Positions 9,441-18,610 of a DNA stretch of 64,000 bases are shown piece by piece. Position 1 is the first letter of the stretch, and each line of letters begins with the position of its first letter. This DNA is from a virus: positions 32,001-96,000 of the IMG/VR virus record IMGVR_UViG_3300035660_000002. One strand, written 5' to 3'. Under the pieces are notes generated by a model. That model was not told the origin of the DNA. It ran no database searches and saw nothing but the letters and a program-made list of their open reading frames with translations. Position numbers and translations under genes: made by a program.

Positions 9441-9827
9441 TCATCGCCATTCCCGGTCACGACCCAATATATGTGCAATTTCCGCTTGCACCTTCATGAT
9501 GTTCTTATCCACTTCCATGATCTCAGCTTTCTTTCCCCGGCACGCGTCAAACATGGTTTTCTTGGTGGATCCCTTCATCCTGATCTCGGCACACTTGTCC
9601 TTTATGGCCTTGGACATACCCCGTCTTTTGGCCAACAACTTCTCTATATCTTCCGTGATCTTCGATCGTTCTGCCCGCATGCCTTCAAGTTCTTTACGTA
9701 CGTCGTCTATCTGTGGGTTGCTGGCCAAAGCCCTATTCCACATGTCTGCTTTCTCAGACTTTAGCAGGTCGCGCTGCTTACGCAGAGCCTTCAACATATC
9801 TCGTTTCTCCCGAAGCGTTTTATACAT
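9441..9827 (-). CDS. Coiled-coil hypothetical protein
   Basis: Heptad-rich, K/R-rich ORF. Confidence 0.55.
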   Translation of the reverse strand: MYKTLREKRDMLKALRKQRDLLKSEKADMWNRALASNPQIDDVRKELEGMRAERSKITEDIEKLLAKRRGMSKAIKDKCAEIRMKGSTKKTMFDACRGKKAEIMEVDKNIMKVQAEIAHILGRDREWR

Positions 9828-10186
9828 TACTTCACCACCTCTATCTTGTCGTACCAAAGATGCAACGGAAATGCAAAACCTTCCGTGTTCCCTATGACAT
9901 CATTACCTTTGATCCAAAACGCGCCATTCTCGAACACGATCTTGGCCTCACGTTCCTCATCGTAGAAATTTCCTTTAATCCTATCCCCCTCAAACACCTT
10001 CTGCCCTGCTATGTCCCTGTACCCACTGTACATCAGGAGGTCACACTCTTCCGGCCACTCGAACCTCTGGCATCCATCCTCTAAGACTGTAACTACGACC
10101 GCATGAGCATTAGACACAAAGCTCAAGGTGCCTACCTCATGTATCTTGCCCTCTTTATCTTTGACCCGAAATGCTAGCTCCTTCAT
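9827..10186 (-). CDS. YopX-family protein
   Basis: MKELAFRVKD...LMYSGYRDIAGQKVFEGD...IVFENGAF matches the YopX pattern. Confidence 0.75.
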   Translation of the reverse strand: MKELAFRVKDKEGKIHEVGTLSFVSNAHAVVVTVLEDGCQRFEWPEECDLLMYSGYRDIAGQKVFEGDRIKGNFYDEEREAKIVFENGAFWIKGNDVIGNTEGFAFPLHLWYDKIEVVK

Positions 10187-10577
10187 CGGTTTTGTCCTCC
10201 TTAAAGCCAAACAACCTATCAACATCGATGCCTTCATGCCGAAGAATCTCCATTGCCACATACGCTTGTGCCCCCGAGTAATTTGTAACTTGCTGCACTG
10301 CATTGATCCGCTGCCTGTCTATATTCTCAAGCTTTCCGCGCCGGACATTTTTTATGAATAATCTTTTATTTGTCTGTGGTATAAACCCATCAAGCAGAAG
10401 ATAATATCTTCCACGTAACGTCCAAAGATATTTTGAGAACTCGGCCATGATCGGAAGCAGACTATCCTCCATCGCAAGGCACCTGTTGATCTGGTACACA
10501 TCCCTGTCGTAGCTTTCCGGGTCCCGGACGGGCGCCTTCTTGCTGGATAGGTTCGCTATGTCATCAAACATGCTCAT
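10155..10577 (-). CDS. Clamp-loader small subunit (T4 gp62-like, putative)
   Basis: YQINRCLAM...YYLL pattern; located just downstream of the gp44-like gene. Confidence 0.55.
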   Translation of the reverse strand: MSMFDDIANLSSKKAPVRDPESYDRDVYQINRCLAMEDSLLPIMAEFSKYLWTLRGRYYLLLDGFIPQTNKRLFIKNVRRGKLENIDRQRINAVQQVTNYSGAQAYVAMEILRHEGIDVDRLFGFKEDKTDEGASISGQR

Positions 10578-10755
10578 GATTGTTCTTCTCCCGGCGTCTT
10601 ATGCACTCCATGTGAAGACACGAATACACCTGCTTCTTCTCTACAAAGCAGTACACTTTTCCACCCTGCTCTTTGTCCGCAATTCGATATGAACAATGTT
10701 TTTTACAACCATCGCATGTTTCCATCATTTTCATCTGACGTTGACACCACATCAT
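10564..10755 (-). CDS. Small Cys-rich hypothetical protein
   Basis: CDGC..C..C..C..C; fills the gap between the two loader genes. Confidence 0.45.
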   Translation of the reverse strand: MMWCQRQMKMMETCDGCKKHCSYRIADKEQGGKVYCFVEKKQVYSCLHMECIRRREKNNHEHV

Positions 10756-10805
10756 TATTTCTTACTCCGTATTCTGACGAGCATAAAAAGTATTTCTTGC
10801 AACAG

Positions 10806-11714
10806 TTACATATTTTCTTTGGCACTTTGCATCATCTCCAAACAGCACGCCATGAAATTTATCTCATGGTCTGCCACATAAGAATCCCGCGCCATGTATT
10901 CAGCAATTCGTAATCGCTTCTCTGTCTGCTTTATATTGTCTTGCTCTATCTCGCCAATGTTATCAAAGAGATATCGAAAAACCTGAATGTGGTCCAACCT
11001 GTATGCTATCTCGCGCAACCCGTTCATGTTCTTTTCCTTGATGAGCTTCATTACCAGAATGTTCTCGTTCAGGTCCTCACGGATCTCTTTCAGCACCTTC
11101 CCTGTGGTCGAGAGTTGCATGGCATTGATCATGGCGCGCATATCTGGATAATAGGCGTCTACAAGCCCTAGGACGGTGTCTGTGTCGTGTTTCACCTTCT
11201 CCTGCCCAAGGATGCCCTGCAGCTGCTTAAAACATGCCTTTCTGGGCACCTCCTTGAACTCTATGAACTGGCACCGGCTGCGGATCGGTTCGATAATTTT
11301 GTTCAGATAGTTACATGTAAGAATGCAACGACCTCGACCTGCACATTCTTCCATCACATTTCGCATTGCCTGTTGAGCTTCCGGAGTGAGTCCATCCGCC
11401 TCCTCACACAGTATAATACGCCACTTGTGTGATCCACGTATAGCCATAAAATTAGTAAACTTGTTACGCACAACATCGATGCCCCGATCACTACTTGAAT
11501 TCATAATCATCGTATCAGCATTCAGCGTATGCAACAGTATTTTTGCAATCGTAGTTTTACCTGTGCCGGGCTTTCCGCTAAACAAAAGATTAGGAATATC
11601 CCCATTCCTAATGTACTCTTCAAACGTATTACGTATTCCCGGATCAAGCACTACGTCCTCTAACTTCTTAGGTCTATATTTTTCTACCCATAAACTGTCG
11701 AACACGTTTGCCAT
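10806..11714 (-). CDS. Clamp-loader AAA+ subunit (T4 gp44 / RFC small subunit-like)
   Basis: WVEKYRPKKLED, PNLLFSGKPGTGKTT, EEADGLT, TCNYLNKIIEPIRSRC (SRC motif); start refined to MANVFDS. Confidence 0.92.
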   Translation of the reverse strand: MANVFDSLWVEKYRPKKLEDVVLDPGIRNTFEEYIRNGDIPNLLFSGKPGTGKTTIAKILLHTLNADTMIMNSSSDRGIDVVRNKFTNFMAIRGSHKWRIILCEEADGLTPEAQQAMRNVMEECAGRGRCILTCNYLNKIIEPIRSRCQFIEFKEVPRKACFKQLQGILGQEKVKHDTDTVLGLVDAYYPDMRAMINAMQLSTTGKVLKEIREDLNENILVMKLIKEKNMNGLREIAYRLDHIQVFRYLFDNIGEIEQDNIKQTEKRLRIAEYMARDSYVADHEINFMACCLEMMQSAKENM

Positions 11715-12618
11715 TAGTATCCTCCTCCACACGTTCTTGCCAAAACTTTTTCCAAAATTTTCTGTTATGCGCCATCTTGCCATGACATACTCTGCACAAA
11801 GATACTAAATTCTTCTCATCTATATGTTTTTTAATGTAATCCACATGATGCACTGATAGTTTTTCCCCAGCTTCTACCTCGGGCACGCCACACAATCTAC
11901 ACTTATATCCGTCCCTGTATCTTATCTGCTCTTTATGTGTCTTCGTCCATCCTAACGGATATGGCACAAATGATATACCGCCGTGCCAATTTCCATTCCT
12001 ATCTCCTCTTATATTTCTGCCAAGGTATTTGTGCAAAGGACAAAACTTATACCTATAGTCCTTAAGGGTTATTCCACAAAACAAACATTTACTGCCTTTT
12101 GCAACCCTACCATCAATGTAACTTCCACAATCCTTCCCATGTGAAATATGCTTCCTACGATCTATGCCCTTTGTTTCATCACTATATTTTTGTCTTAATG
12201 TTATTCCCTCAATACTGCTCCAAAATATAGTTGCTGATTCCTTTTTAGACCTTATCAAAATTTTGTATCTTAAGAGAGCCCGATAAATACTTGCTTCTGC
12301 CCTTCCAAACTCTTTTCCTATGCTATGTATGCTTCTACCTTTGCGCACATACTCTTGCATCAGCATTTCTTTATTCAGCACCTTGGCATATTTGCCTTTT
12401 ACAAAGGCCCACTCTCCGTTACAAGTCTCACATCTTGTAGCATGCCATTGTATTCGCTTACCACAATCAACACAACGATTGATCTTAAGCGTTCTTCCAT
12501 CAATGTATCGTGAGTTGTTCTTACCCTTCTGGGCACAAGATTTACATCGGACAGCCCCGGTTGCCTTAGAGTTCTTTCCCAGAGGCTTCCCGCAATCTTT
12601 ACATTTACCTCTGCCCAT
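11674..12618 (-). CDS. HNH homing endonuclease with tandem CxxC zinc-ribbon repeats
   Basis: IRYRDGYKCRLCG...SVHHVDY...NLVSLCRVCH. Confidence 0.85.
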   Translation of the reverse strand: MGRGKCKDCGKPLGKNSKATGAVRCKSCAQKGKNNSRYIDGRTLKINRCVDCGKRIQWHATRCETCNGEWAFVKGKYAKVLNKEMLMQEYVRKGRSIHSIGKEFGRAEASIYRALLRYKILIRSKKESATIFWSSIEGITLRQKYSDETKGIDRRKHISHGKDCGSYIDGRVAKGSKCLFCGITLKDYRYKFCPLHKYLGRNIRGDRNGNWHGGISFVPYPLGWTKTHKEQIRYRDGYKCRLCGVPEVEAGEKLSVHHVDYIKKHIDEKNLVSLCRVCHGKMAHNRKFWKKFWQERVEEDTNGKRVRQFMGRKI

Positions 12619-12655
12619 AGATTTCCTCCATTACTGCTATCTGTGCCCAACCTCT

Positions 12656-12931
12656 TTAACGAATAGTCGGCCTCGTAGGCGCCGCCATGTTCTTAGGAGC
12701 AGTCCTTGCCCCGCCTGGGCCGCTTGTCTTCTTTTTCTTCGCAGGTTCGAGAGACACGAGTTGCTGCTCATCGATAGTGTCCTCTACCGTTTTGCCCTCA
12801 GATGTTCTTTTCCGTGACTGAACGACGTACCGAATACATCCATTGAGCCACTTTGTCTTCGCAACAATAACACCTTGAAACCCAGTTATTGTGTCCTTAA
12901 CCTTCTCTCCGACTTCAAACTTAAACTCCAT
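12656..12931 (-). CDS. Conserved phage hypothetical protein
   Basis: GEKVKDTITGFQG...WLNGC...DEQQL, a common phage small-protein pattern. Confidence 0.65.
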   Translation of the reverse strand: MEFKFEVGEKVKDTITGFQGVIVAKTKWLNGCIRYVVQSRKRTSEGKTVEDTIDEQQLVSLEPAKKKKTSGPGGARTAPKNMAAPTRPTIR

Positions 12932-12932
12932 A

Positions 12933-13103
12933 TCACCCTCCTCTTTGTTTACGACGCCTAATCACAATTTTCTTTATGATATGTTCCCCACTGTTCGCAT
13001 AACGGTATTCAATCTCACGTAGTGCTCCCACAAGAGTATCCCATTGTATCCAATCACCCTTCATTCCATTCATGTATGTAATCCGGTATTCAAACTTATT
13101 CAT
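12933..13103 (-). CDS. Small hypothetical protein (56 aa, below the track cut-off)
   Basis: AAGGA RBS, MNKFEYRITYMNG...RGG*. Confidence 0.45.
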   Translation of the reverse strand: MNKFEYRITYMNGMKGDWIQWDTLVGALREIEYRYANSGEHIIKKIVIRRRKQRGG

Positions 13104-13120
13104 TGTTCCTTTTCGGCCGC

Positions 13121-13198
13121 CGGGGTTGCAGGGATTCGAACCCTAACTCTTGCCTGCCTAGGTACAAGCATCGTGCTACCAACTACACCACAACCCCC
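13121..13198 (-). tRNA. tRNA-like element with non-canonical anticodon arm (pseudo-tRNA)
   Basis: Acceptor GGGGTTG/CAACCCC, D-arm GTGT-AGTTGGTA-GCAC, T-arm TAGGG-TTCGAAT-CCCTG; anticodon arm has a 6-bp stem and 8-nt loop TACCTAGG; no CCA. Confidence 0.65.
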
Positions 13199-13209
13199 GG
13201 TCGTTCTGA

Positions 13210-13295
13210 CAGGGTGGGCAGGATTTGAACCTGCATTCTGTGGTTTCTGTTTTTCTGTGCACAGCCGCAGCGTCAACCATTTGCGCCACCACCCT
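13210..13295 (-). tRNA. tRNA-His-like element with an insertion of about 14 nt in the anticodon loop (pseudo-tRNA)
   Basis: Acceptor AGGGTGG/CCACCCT, D-arm GCGC-AAATGGTTG-ACGC, T-arm GCAGG-TTCAAAT-CCTGC; CT-GTG is followed by ACAGAA repeats. Confidence 0.6.
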
Positions 13296-13302
13296 AAAGT
13301 AT

Positions 13303-14007
13303 TTATTCCTGTCTCCACAATACGAATGTCAGATCCTTTTCCCTAATTACTACCGGCGCCCCGTCCCCCCGCAGCTCGATAGTAACCACATCGACTGCTT
13401 CCTTGCCTTTACCCTCACGCACTCCCTCGCATGCGGTGAATATCGCCTGCAACTCTTTCTTAGGCAACTTTATCTTTTCCGGCGCCTGTGCTGTCTTATC
13501 AATGAGCTTGGCGCGGTACTTATTCTCGTTCTCCCCGCCTACTCCGAAAGTGTTGCCCTCGAAGAATGCCACGGTCGCGTCCTTAAGCACCGACATGCCC
13601 TTCAGTATCTCTTTGACGACTTCGGCCGACATCTGGATCACGACCGGCTTCCCTGCCTTCTTCATCTTGTCCAGGATGTGCTCACCCTTTTCCGGCCTGT
13701 ATGCCGTGAATATCACGCTCGGATCCGCTGCCATGTATTCAAAGGACTGGTTGCCTGCCTTGACCGTCAGCACACCATCCTTTGCGTAAGATATCTTCGG
13801 CTCGTCCGCAAACCCAAGTATATCAAGAAGCATGCCCAGATTGAATATGCCTATCTCCTCTTTGAACACTTCGTCCTTCTCGCCGTCATACGACACAAGC
13901 AGCGTTTTGTTCGCGTCCTGCACTTCAAACTCGCCTTTCTTCCCCAGCTTGATCATCATGACCAAGCCGCCAAGGTTCGCCTTGCTAAGAACGTTTTTTA
14001 ACATCAC
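13303..14007 (-). CDS. Sliding clamp, T4 gp45-like
   Basis: EIGIFNLGMLLDILG...KISY...FEYMAADPSVI mirrors gp45 DVAIYDLNGFLGIL...FWPAADPSTV; 234 aa; clamp loader nearby. Confidence 0.75.
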   Translation of the reverse strand: MMLKNVLSKANLGGLVMMIKLGKKGEFEVQDANKTLLVSYDGEKDEVFKEEIGIFNLGMLLDILGFADEPKISYAKDGVLTVKAGNQSFEYMAADPSVIFTAYRPEKGEHILDKMKKAGKPVVIQMSAEVVKEILKGMSVLKDATVAFFEGNTFGVGGENENKYRAKLIDKTAQAPEKIKLPKKELQAIFTACEGVREGKGKEAVDVVTIELRGDGAPVVIREKDLTFVLWRQE

Positions 14008-14257
14008 TACCCTCCTTTGGTTTTTCCTCTGTCCTGTAGCTCTTGTTATCTAAAGACATCCGCGATCCGCCGTCCGTGAACATAGCATATCCCGCAGGGC
14101 TCTTTGCCACCACAGCACGATACTCTTCTTTGTACTTTATAAAAGTCTCCTCTGCAAATTCCAGGTCCTCTCTTGTCGGCACCCAATCCGTCAGTTGGTA
14201 AGGAAACCCTTTGATCTTCGAGTCCTCTCTCGGAATTCCAATCTCTTTTATCATCAT
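13985..14257 (-). CDS. hypothetical protein
   Basis: Start refined to MMIKEIGIP, overlapping the groES stop. Confidence 0.5.
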   Translation of the reverse strand: MMIKEIGIPREDSKIKGFPYQLTDWVPTREDLEFAEETFIKYKEEYRAVVAKSPAGYAMFTDGGSRMSLDNKSYRTEEKPKEGSDVKKRS

Positions 14258-14553
14258 CTTGCCCCTTCCTTTAATATAGCCACTACATGATTGTTCTCTA
14301 TTATTAAGTAGTTCTCGCCGTCTACCTCGACCGGCACGCCTGCTCTTTTTCCGTATAACACACACTCTCCTACCTTCGCACAGACTGCGTGCCTCTTACC
14401 GTTCTTCATCAAGCATCCTGCGCCTGTTTGCATCACCCGACCCTTGTTGGTCTTTTCCTGGAACATGTCCGGTATTATAATACCGCCCTCGGTCTTATCT
14501 ACCATCGCCTCTTCCTTAATCAACAGGCGCGGTCCTAACAGCTTTAGTGGCAT
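14254..14553 (-). CDS. groES: GroES/Cpn10 co-chaperonin
   Basis: LGPRLLIK...KTEGGIIIPD...KGRV..TGAG...KVGECVLYGKRAG..V.VDGENYLII. Confidence 0.9.
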   Translation of the reverse strand: MPLKLLGPRLLIKEEAMVDKTEGGIIIPDMFQEKTNKGRVMQTGAGCLMKNGKRHAVCAKVGECVLYGKRAGVPVEVDGENYLIIENNHVVAILKEGAR

Positions 14554-14968
14554 TTCTTTTCCCTTTCGGAGTGACTTTAGATTCACATGGTTCACACAAT
14601 CCCGGCCCGTACTTCTTCCCGTTCGCTACCCATTTAGGACAATCCTCGAGAAAGCACGGCACGATCCTGTTCCCGTATGTGATATGGTTATTTGACATGA
14701 TTGCGTCGACTATAAATCCTTTACCAATCACGCCTCGTTCTTTCAGCTTCGCTACACAAAATCCGGCATGACCGTCATTATTTCCGCTGATCTCCTCCTG
14801 CGCCACCCAGTCCTCGACCTCTTTACGATCGTGATTCTTACGCCACGTTCTCATATCCCATAGATCGAGAGATGTCCTAAGGTAGTTCAGGCAGTATTCA
14901 TTCGTATACTTCTCTTCTTCAAGTTGCTTCGTTGACTTCTTGAATAAATCCTGTTGCTCTGCTACCAC
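14516..14968 (-). CDS. hypothetical protein
   Basis: 150-aa ORF with a C-terminal Cys cluster. Confidence 0.55.
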   Translation of the reverse strand: MVAEQQDLFKKSTKQLEEEKYTNEYCLNYLRTSLDLWDMRTWRKNHDRKEVEDWVAQEEISGNNDGHAGFCVAKLKERGVIGKGFIVDAIMSNNHITYGNRIVPCFLEDCPKWVANGKKYGPGLCEPCESKVTPKGKRNATKAVRTAPVD

Positions 14969-15993
14969 GCCTGACTCCTTGTGGTGAAGTACCCACGCTC
15001 TGTAGTTGCATCCCTGTACAAAAACATAACCACATTATTTCCAAATAACTTGGCCACGTCCGATAAGTAATCTATATGGTACTGTGCTATGTACTCTTTG
15101 CCCTCATCCCGGTTCATGCACATCGTGATCAAGCACGGGTGAAGGATTGTTCCCTTAAACTGTATGTCCTCCTTAAAAGTCTTTTTGACAGAGACGGAAC
15201 TATAAACACCTTTCCCAAGCACCATCTTGTCGGGATATATTTCAACGGCCACTGTTTCCGGCTCGTACTTGCTTTTGTTCTCAAACTGTTTCAGGTACTT
15301 AACCGCATCCGTCAGACCGAAAATTTCATACTTGGCGCCGGTCTGCTGCTCCACAAGAAACTTATCCGTGTTCGGATACAGGCTCGCTTCCTCACATTTC
15401 ACCGAAAGCTCAAAGTTCCCCACACGGATGAACGCCGTGGTCTTATATACCGATATCTGTGCCATCATTGCGTTTTCCTCGGCGCGCATCATGCTGTCTA
15501 TAACGGCCACGCTGGCAGGTGTTACCACAACGATCGCCTTGCCCGTCTTTTCAACTTCTGCGATCAGCTCTATTGACTCTCTGTACAGCCTCTTCCCGTC
15601 TGTTGATATGACAACAATCCCGTTCTTATTCCATGACCACAGCATCCCTCGCAGAGTATACCTATCTGTTCCCCGAAATGTGAACATGACGGCACGATGC
15701 AACATGTCGCTCAGCACCTTCTTGTGCATCACCTTCGACATCAGTAGCTCTTTCCCGGGGCGTACTGCGCTCGGGAATTCCTCCGGCTTGAAAGTCGTAT
15801 CTACCAGTACCGTCTTCTTCGCCTCGAGGACGCCTTCAGAACTTTCAGGAAACGGTTTTCCGTAATACACAAGTTGCCTGTCCAAGTCGGTCTTCCTGGC
15901 GCACTTGTCGTCTACATAGATGTTTTTCAGTATCGGAAGCGCTTTGCTTTCTACTTTGAAACTATTGAATACGTCCAGCACCTTCTGGTTCAT
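14962..15993 (-). CDS. DnaN-like (Pol III beta) sliding-clamp homologue, divergent
   Basis: ALPILKNI, TDLD, RYTLRGML, VISTDGKRL, LYPNTDKF and YHIDYLSDV correspond to DnaN LPILSN, TDLE, R.YLNG, VATDGHRL, FPDY and FNxxYLxD. Confidence 0.7.
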   Translation of the reverse strand: MNQKVLDVFNSFKVESKALPILKNIYVDDKCARKTDLDRQLVYYGKPFPESSEGVLEAKKTVLVDTTFKPEEFPSAVRPGKELLMSKVMHKKVLSDMLHRAVMFTFRGTDRYTLRGMLWSWNKNGIVVISTDGKRLYRESIELIAEVEKTGKAIVVVTPASVAVIDSMMRAEENAMMAQISVYKTTAFIRVGNFELSVKCEEASLYPNTDKFLVEQQTGAKYEIFGLTDAVKYLKQFENKSKYEPETVAVEIYPDKMVLGKGVYSSVSVKKTFKEDIQFKGTILHPCLITMCMNRDEGKEYIAQYHIDYLSDVAKLFGNNVVMFLYRDATTERGYFTTRSQAW

Positions 15994-16013
15994 ACACACT
16001 CCTTTCCCCTCAC

Positions 16014-16825
16014 CTATACAGATACATTTTTCTTTGTTTTGTCCACAAGTTTACTTATAAAGTGCTCTTTCCAATGCTCTCTGTTGAAGTTAACCCGGGA
16101 GTTACACGCTTTGCATAAAGAATTCAAGTTATTCTTATCACAATTTTTCTTATCATAGTCTATGTGATGCACGTGCAAAGGTATGCCATACACTATCAAA
16201 TGCTCTTCTTCAGTCATACCACAACATTGACAAGTATGTTCATCACGTTTCCGTATCTCCCCCTTCAGCACATCATTAAATTCAAAAGGATAGGGCTCAT
16301 TAGAAACACCACCACGCCACCGATGACTCTTCGGTCCCTTCTGAGCTTCGCTCATCTTTTTAATAGATTCAGTCGAAAACTTTCTTCCTTTAAGTGCTTT
16401 ACTTATTAACTGCCTACTTTCCTCTGTATGATGTTTTCCAAGAAAGTTTGTATTTCCTATAACTCCTGCCCTGATCTTATCCTTCTCCTCCTCGGTACGG
16501 TGCCTTCCTAAAACATATTTTTGTTTAGACATGCGATTCCGAAGTTCTATGAGGCACCCCGCAGAGAGCTTATGTTTTGTTCCCAAACCAACGCCTGGTC
16601 TTTTTCTTCCCCTCAACTTAACTTATCGCCTATCTTTCTTTTATGTTCCTCAGACATCTTCTTTCCTGTCATTCGAGGAGAGTAGTAATCAAGCTTTCTA
16701 CCCTTGTTCCAAGGAACTTGCCCCTTCTTAAATTCCCCTTCTACGCATCTACGAACACCTTTTTGAAATTTTCCTTTGATCCTGCTCTTATGCCAGGCAG
16801 TCCTGACATATACACCTCTAGGCAT
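16014..16825 (-). pseudogene. NUMOD3-HNH homing endonuclease frameshifted by a 5-bp tandem duplication at 16616-16625
   Basis: Minus strand GATAAGT-TAAGT-TGAGG; deleting one TAAGT joins ...KIGDK to LRGRKRP... and on to HVHHIDYDK...LCKACN. Confidence 0.8.
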
Positions 16826-18341
16826 GATCTTCCCCTATCTTGTGATCCACTATCTCCACATCAAAACCTTCACTTGTGTAAATACGATACCGCTCCTTCG
16901 AGTGCTTTTCGAGGTATTTATTATCCAAATCGTAAAAATCCAGTACCTCAACCCTATTCACACCTTTTTTTCTACGAAGGCCCCTACCTATTCTCTGTAG
17001 TATCTGCCTTTTGGACTTCCTGCCCCCGGCAAGAACTAAAACCTCTATGGCCTGTATATCAATTCCTTCATCTACAATTGATGTAGACACCAATATACGC
17101 AACTCGCCTTCCTTAAAAGCCAACAGACTTCCTCTACGAGTCACGCTTTGCCCATGGATAAAGTCCATCTTGTTTTTCTCGCGCTCCCACATGAGATCCA
17201 TAATCATCCTGCCATGAGCGAGGTAGTCCACCACGATCAGTGTCTGCTTGTTCCTGTACTTTCCGCAAACTATATTCACTATGGCGCTGTTACGATCCAC
17301 GTTGTTAACTATATGTTTTTTCATCACAACGATGAACACTCTCTTGTACACCTCTTCCCTTTCCTGTCGGATAGAGTGGTACTTGATCCCTTGCAGCGCA
17401 TCCTCCTCACGTATTCCCTGAACAATGGCAGGGTAGTCAATCTCATGTGGAAATTTCACCATCTTGATTTTTGGCTCTGCGGATACACCCATATCGATCA
17501 ATTCCTTGTTACTTATTTCAAACTTAACATCTCCAATGTACTGTCTGGCCAACCATCCCTCATAAGTATCTTCATCATAAATAGTCCCACTAAATCCAAA
17601 CCTGTACACCGCCTTCGATCTACAGAACGCTGCTTGGTGCGTATTTGCCACGAGATGATGACACTCGTCGACCATCAACACCTTGCTTCTGTTAAACATT
17701 TCCTTCACTACCGGATTAGTATCTATCCGAGTCATCAACGTCATCACCATGACTATGTTCACATAGGGGTCTATATTTACCTCCTCCGCTGTTACATATC
17801 CAACGGAGATTCCTGTCATGCCCACAATCATCATCTTAAGTTGCTGGAGCAGTTCTACCCTGTGCACTATGATGACAACCTTCTCCTGCCTCAAAAGCTT
17901 CGCTAATGCCGCAATTACTACAGACTTCCCGGCATTCGTGGCCGCCTGTATCAAGCAGTTCTTGTATTCAAATGCGACCAGCAATGCCTCCTTCTGGTAC
18001 ATCCTCTGTTCCAGTACCTTTCCTGTGGGCTTGTATTCCGAATCTATCGCGTATAATTCCGGAACACGGAATTGTATCGGCGCGTATGTTCTTTCATCTA
18101 TCAGCTTAGTACCCGGCCACTGCGTCATTACCCTGTTCAAAAATCCTATCGGGAACGAATCTGTCATCCTGTTATAAAAGCACTTCTTGCCGTCCCACAT
18201 GTGTGATCGGTACTTGTTGGTGTACTGCGCCCCCGGGACTTTTATGGTGAGAAACTTCCTGAGTTCCTGCATCTCGAACATAGTATCGAACTGGCAGAAT
18301 ATTAAGGATGGGTTATCATTAGTGATGTGCAGTCTGATCAT
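16818..18341 (-). CDS. UvsW-like SF2 DNA helicase
   Basis: QRMYQ (Q motif), AATNAGKS, VDECHH, GFSGT, STSIVDEGIDI, QRIGRGLR. Confidence 0.88.
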   Translation of the reverse strand: MIRLHITNDNPSLIFCQFDTMFEMQELRKFLTIKVPGAQYTNKYRSHMWDGKKCFYNRMTDSFPIGFLNRVMTQWPGTKLIDERTYAPIQFRVPELYAIDSEYKPTGKVLEQRMYQKEALLVAFEYKNCLIQAATNAGKSVVIAALAKLLRQEKVVIIVHRVELLQQLKMMIVGMTGISVGYVTAEEVNIDPYVNIVMVMTLMTRIDTNPVVKEMFNRSKVLMVDECHHLVANTHQAAFCRSKAVYRFGFSGTIYDEDTYEGWLARQYIGDVKFEISNKELIDMGVSAEPKIKMVKFPHEIDYPAIVQGIREEDALQGIKYHSIRQEREEVYKRVFIVVMKKHIVNNVDRNSAIVNIVCGKYRNKQTLIVVDYLAHGRMIMDLMWEREKNKMDFIHGQSVTRRGSLLAFKEGELRILVSTSIVDEGIDIQAIEVLVLAGGRKSKRQILQRIGRGLRRKKGVNRVEVLDFYDLDNKYLEKHSKERYRIYTSEGFDVEIVDHKIGEDHA

Positions 18342-18363
18342 TTGTACGCCACCGCAAACTTCT

Positions 18364-18597
18364 TCATTCAAAAAATCTCCCAAACTCCACCGTTCCTCTT
18401 ATTATATAAAACACTTCGCCTTGCAGGTCATCCTTGATGCCTATCCATCCTTTTTCAGTATATATGTGAATCGCATTATAAGTTATCGCGTCCTCTTTTG
18501 AATTTCCAATACCATAATCTCCTACTATAGGATCCCTGTCCAACAGCTGCCATATATGGCAACCGTTCCTGTACCATCCCTGCACCGGCCTTATCAT
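18364..18597 (-). CDS. hypothetical protein
   Basis: AAGGAG RBS before MIRPVQGW. Confidence 0.5.
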   Translation of the reverse strand: MIRPVQGWYRNGCHIWQLLDRDPIVGDYGIGNSKEDAITYNAIHIYTEKGWIGIKDDLQGEVFYIIRGTVEFGRFFE

Positions 18598-18610
18598 GAC
18601 ATCCTGCTCC

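Noticed and set aside
13151-13170. Amber-suppressor or pyrrolysine tRNA (CUA in loop)
   Set aside because: CUA is not preceded by U33 in a 7-nt loop, the D and T arms are not tRNA-Pyl-like, and no in-frame TAG genes are seen.
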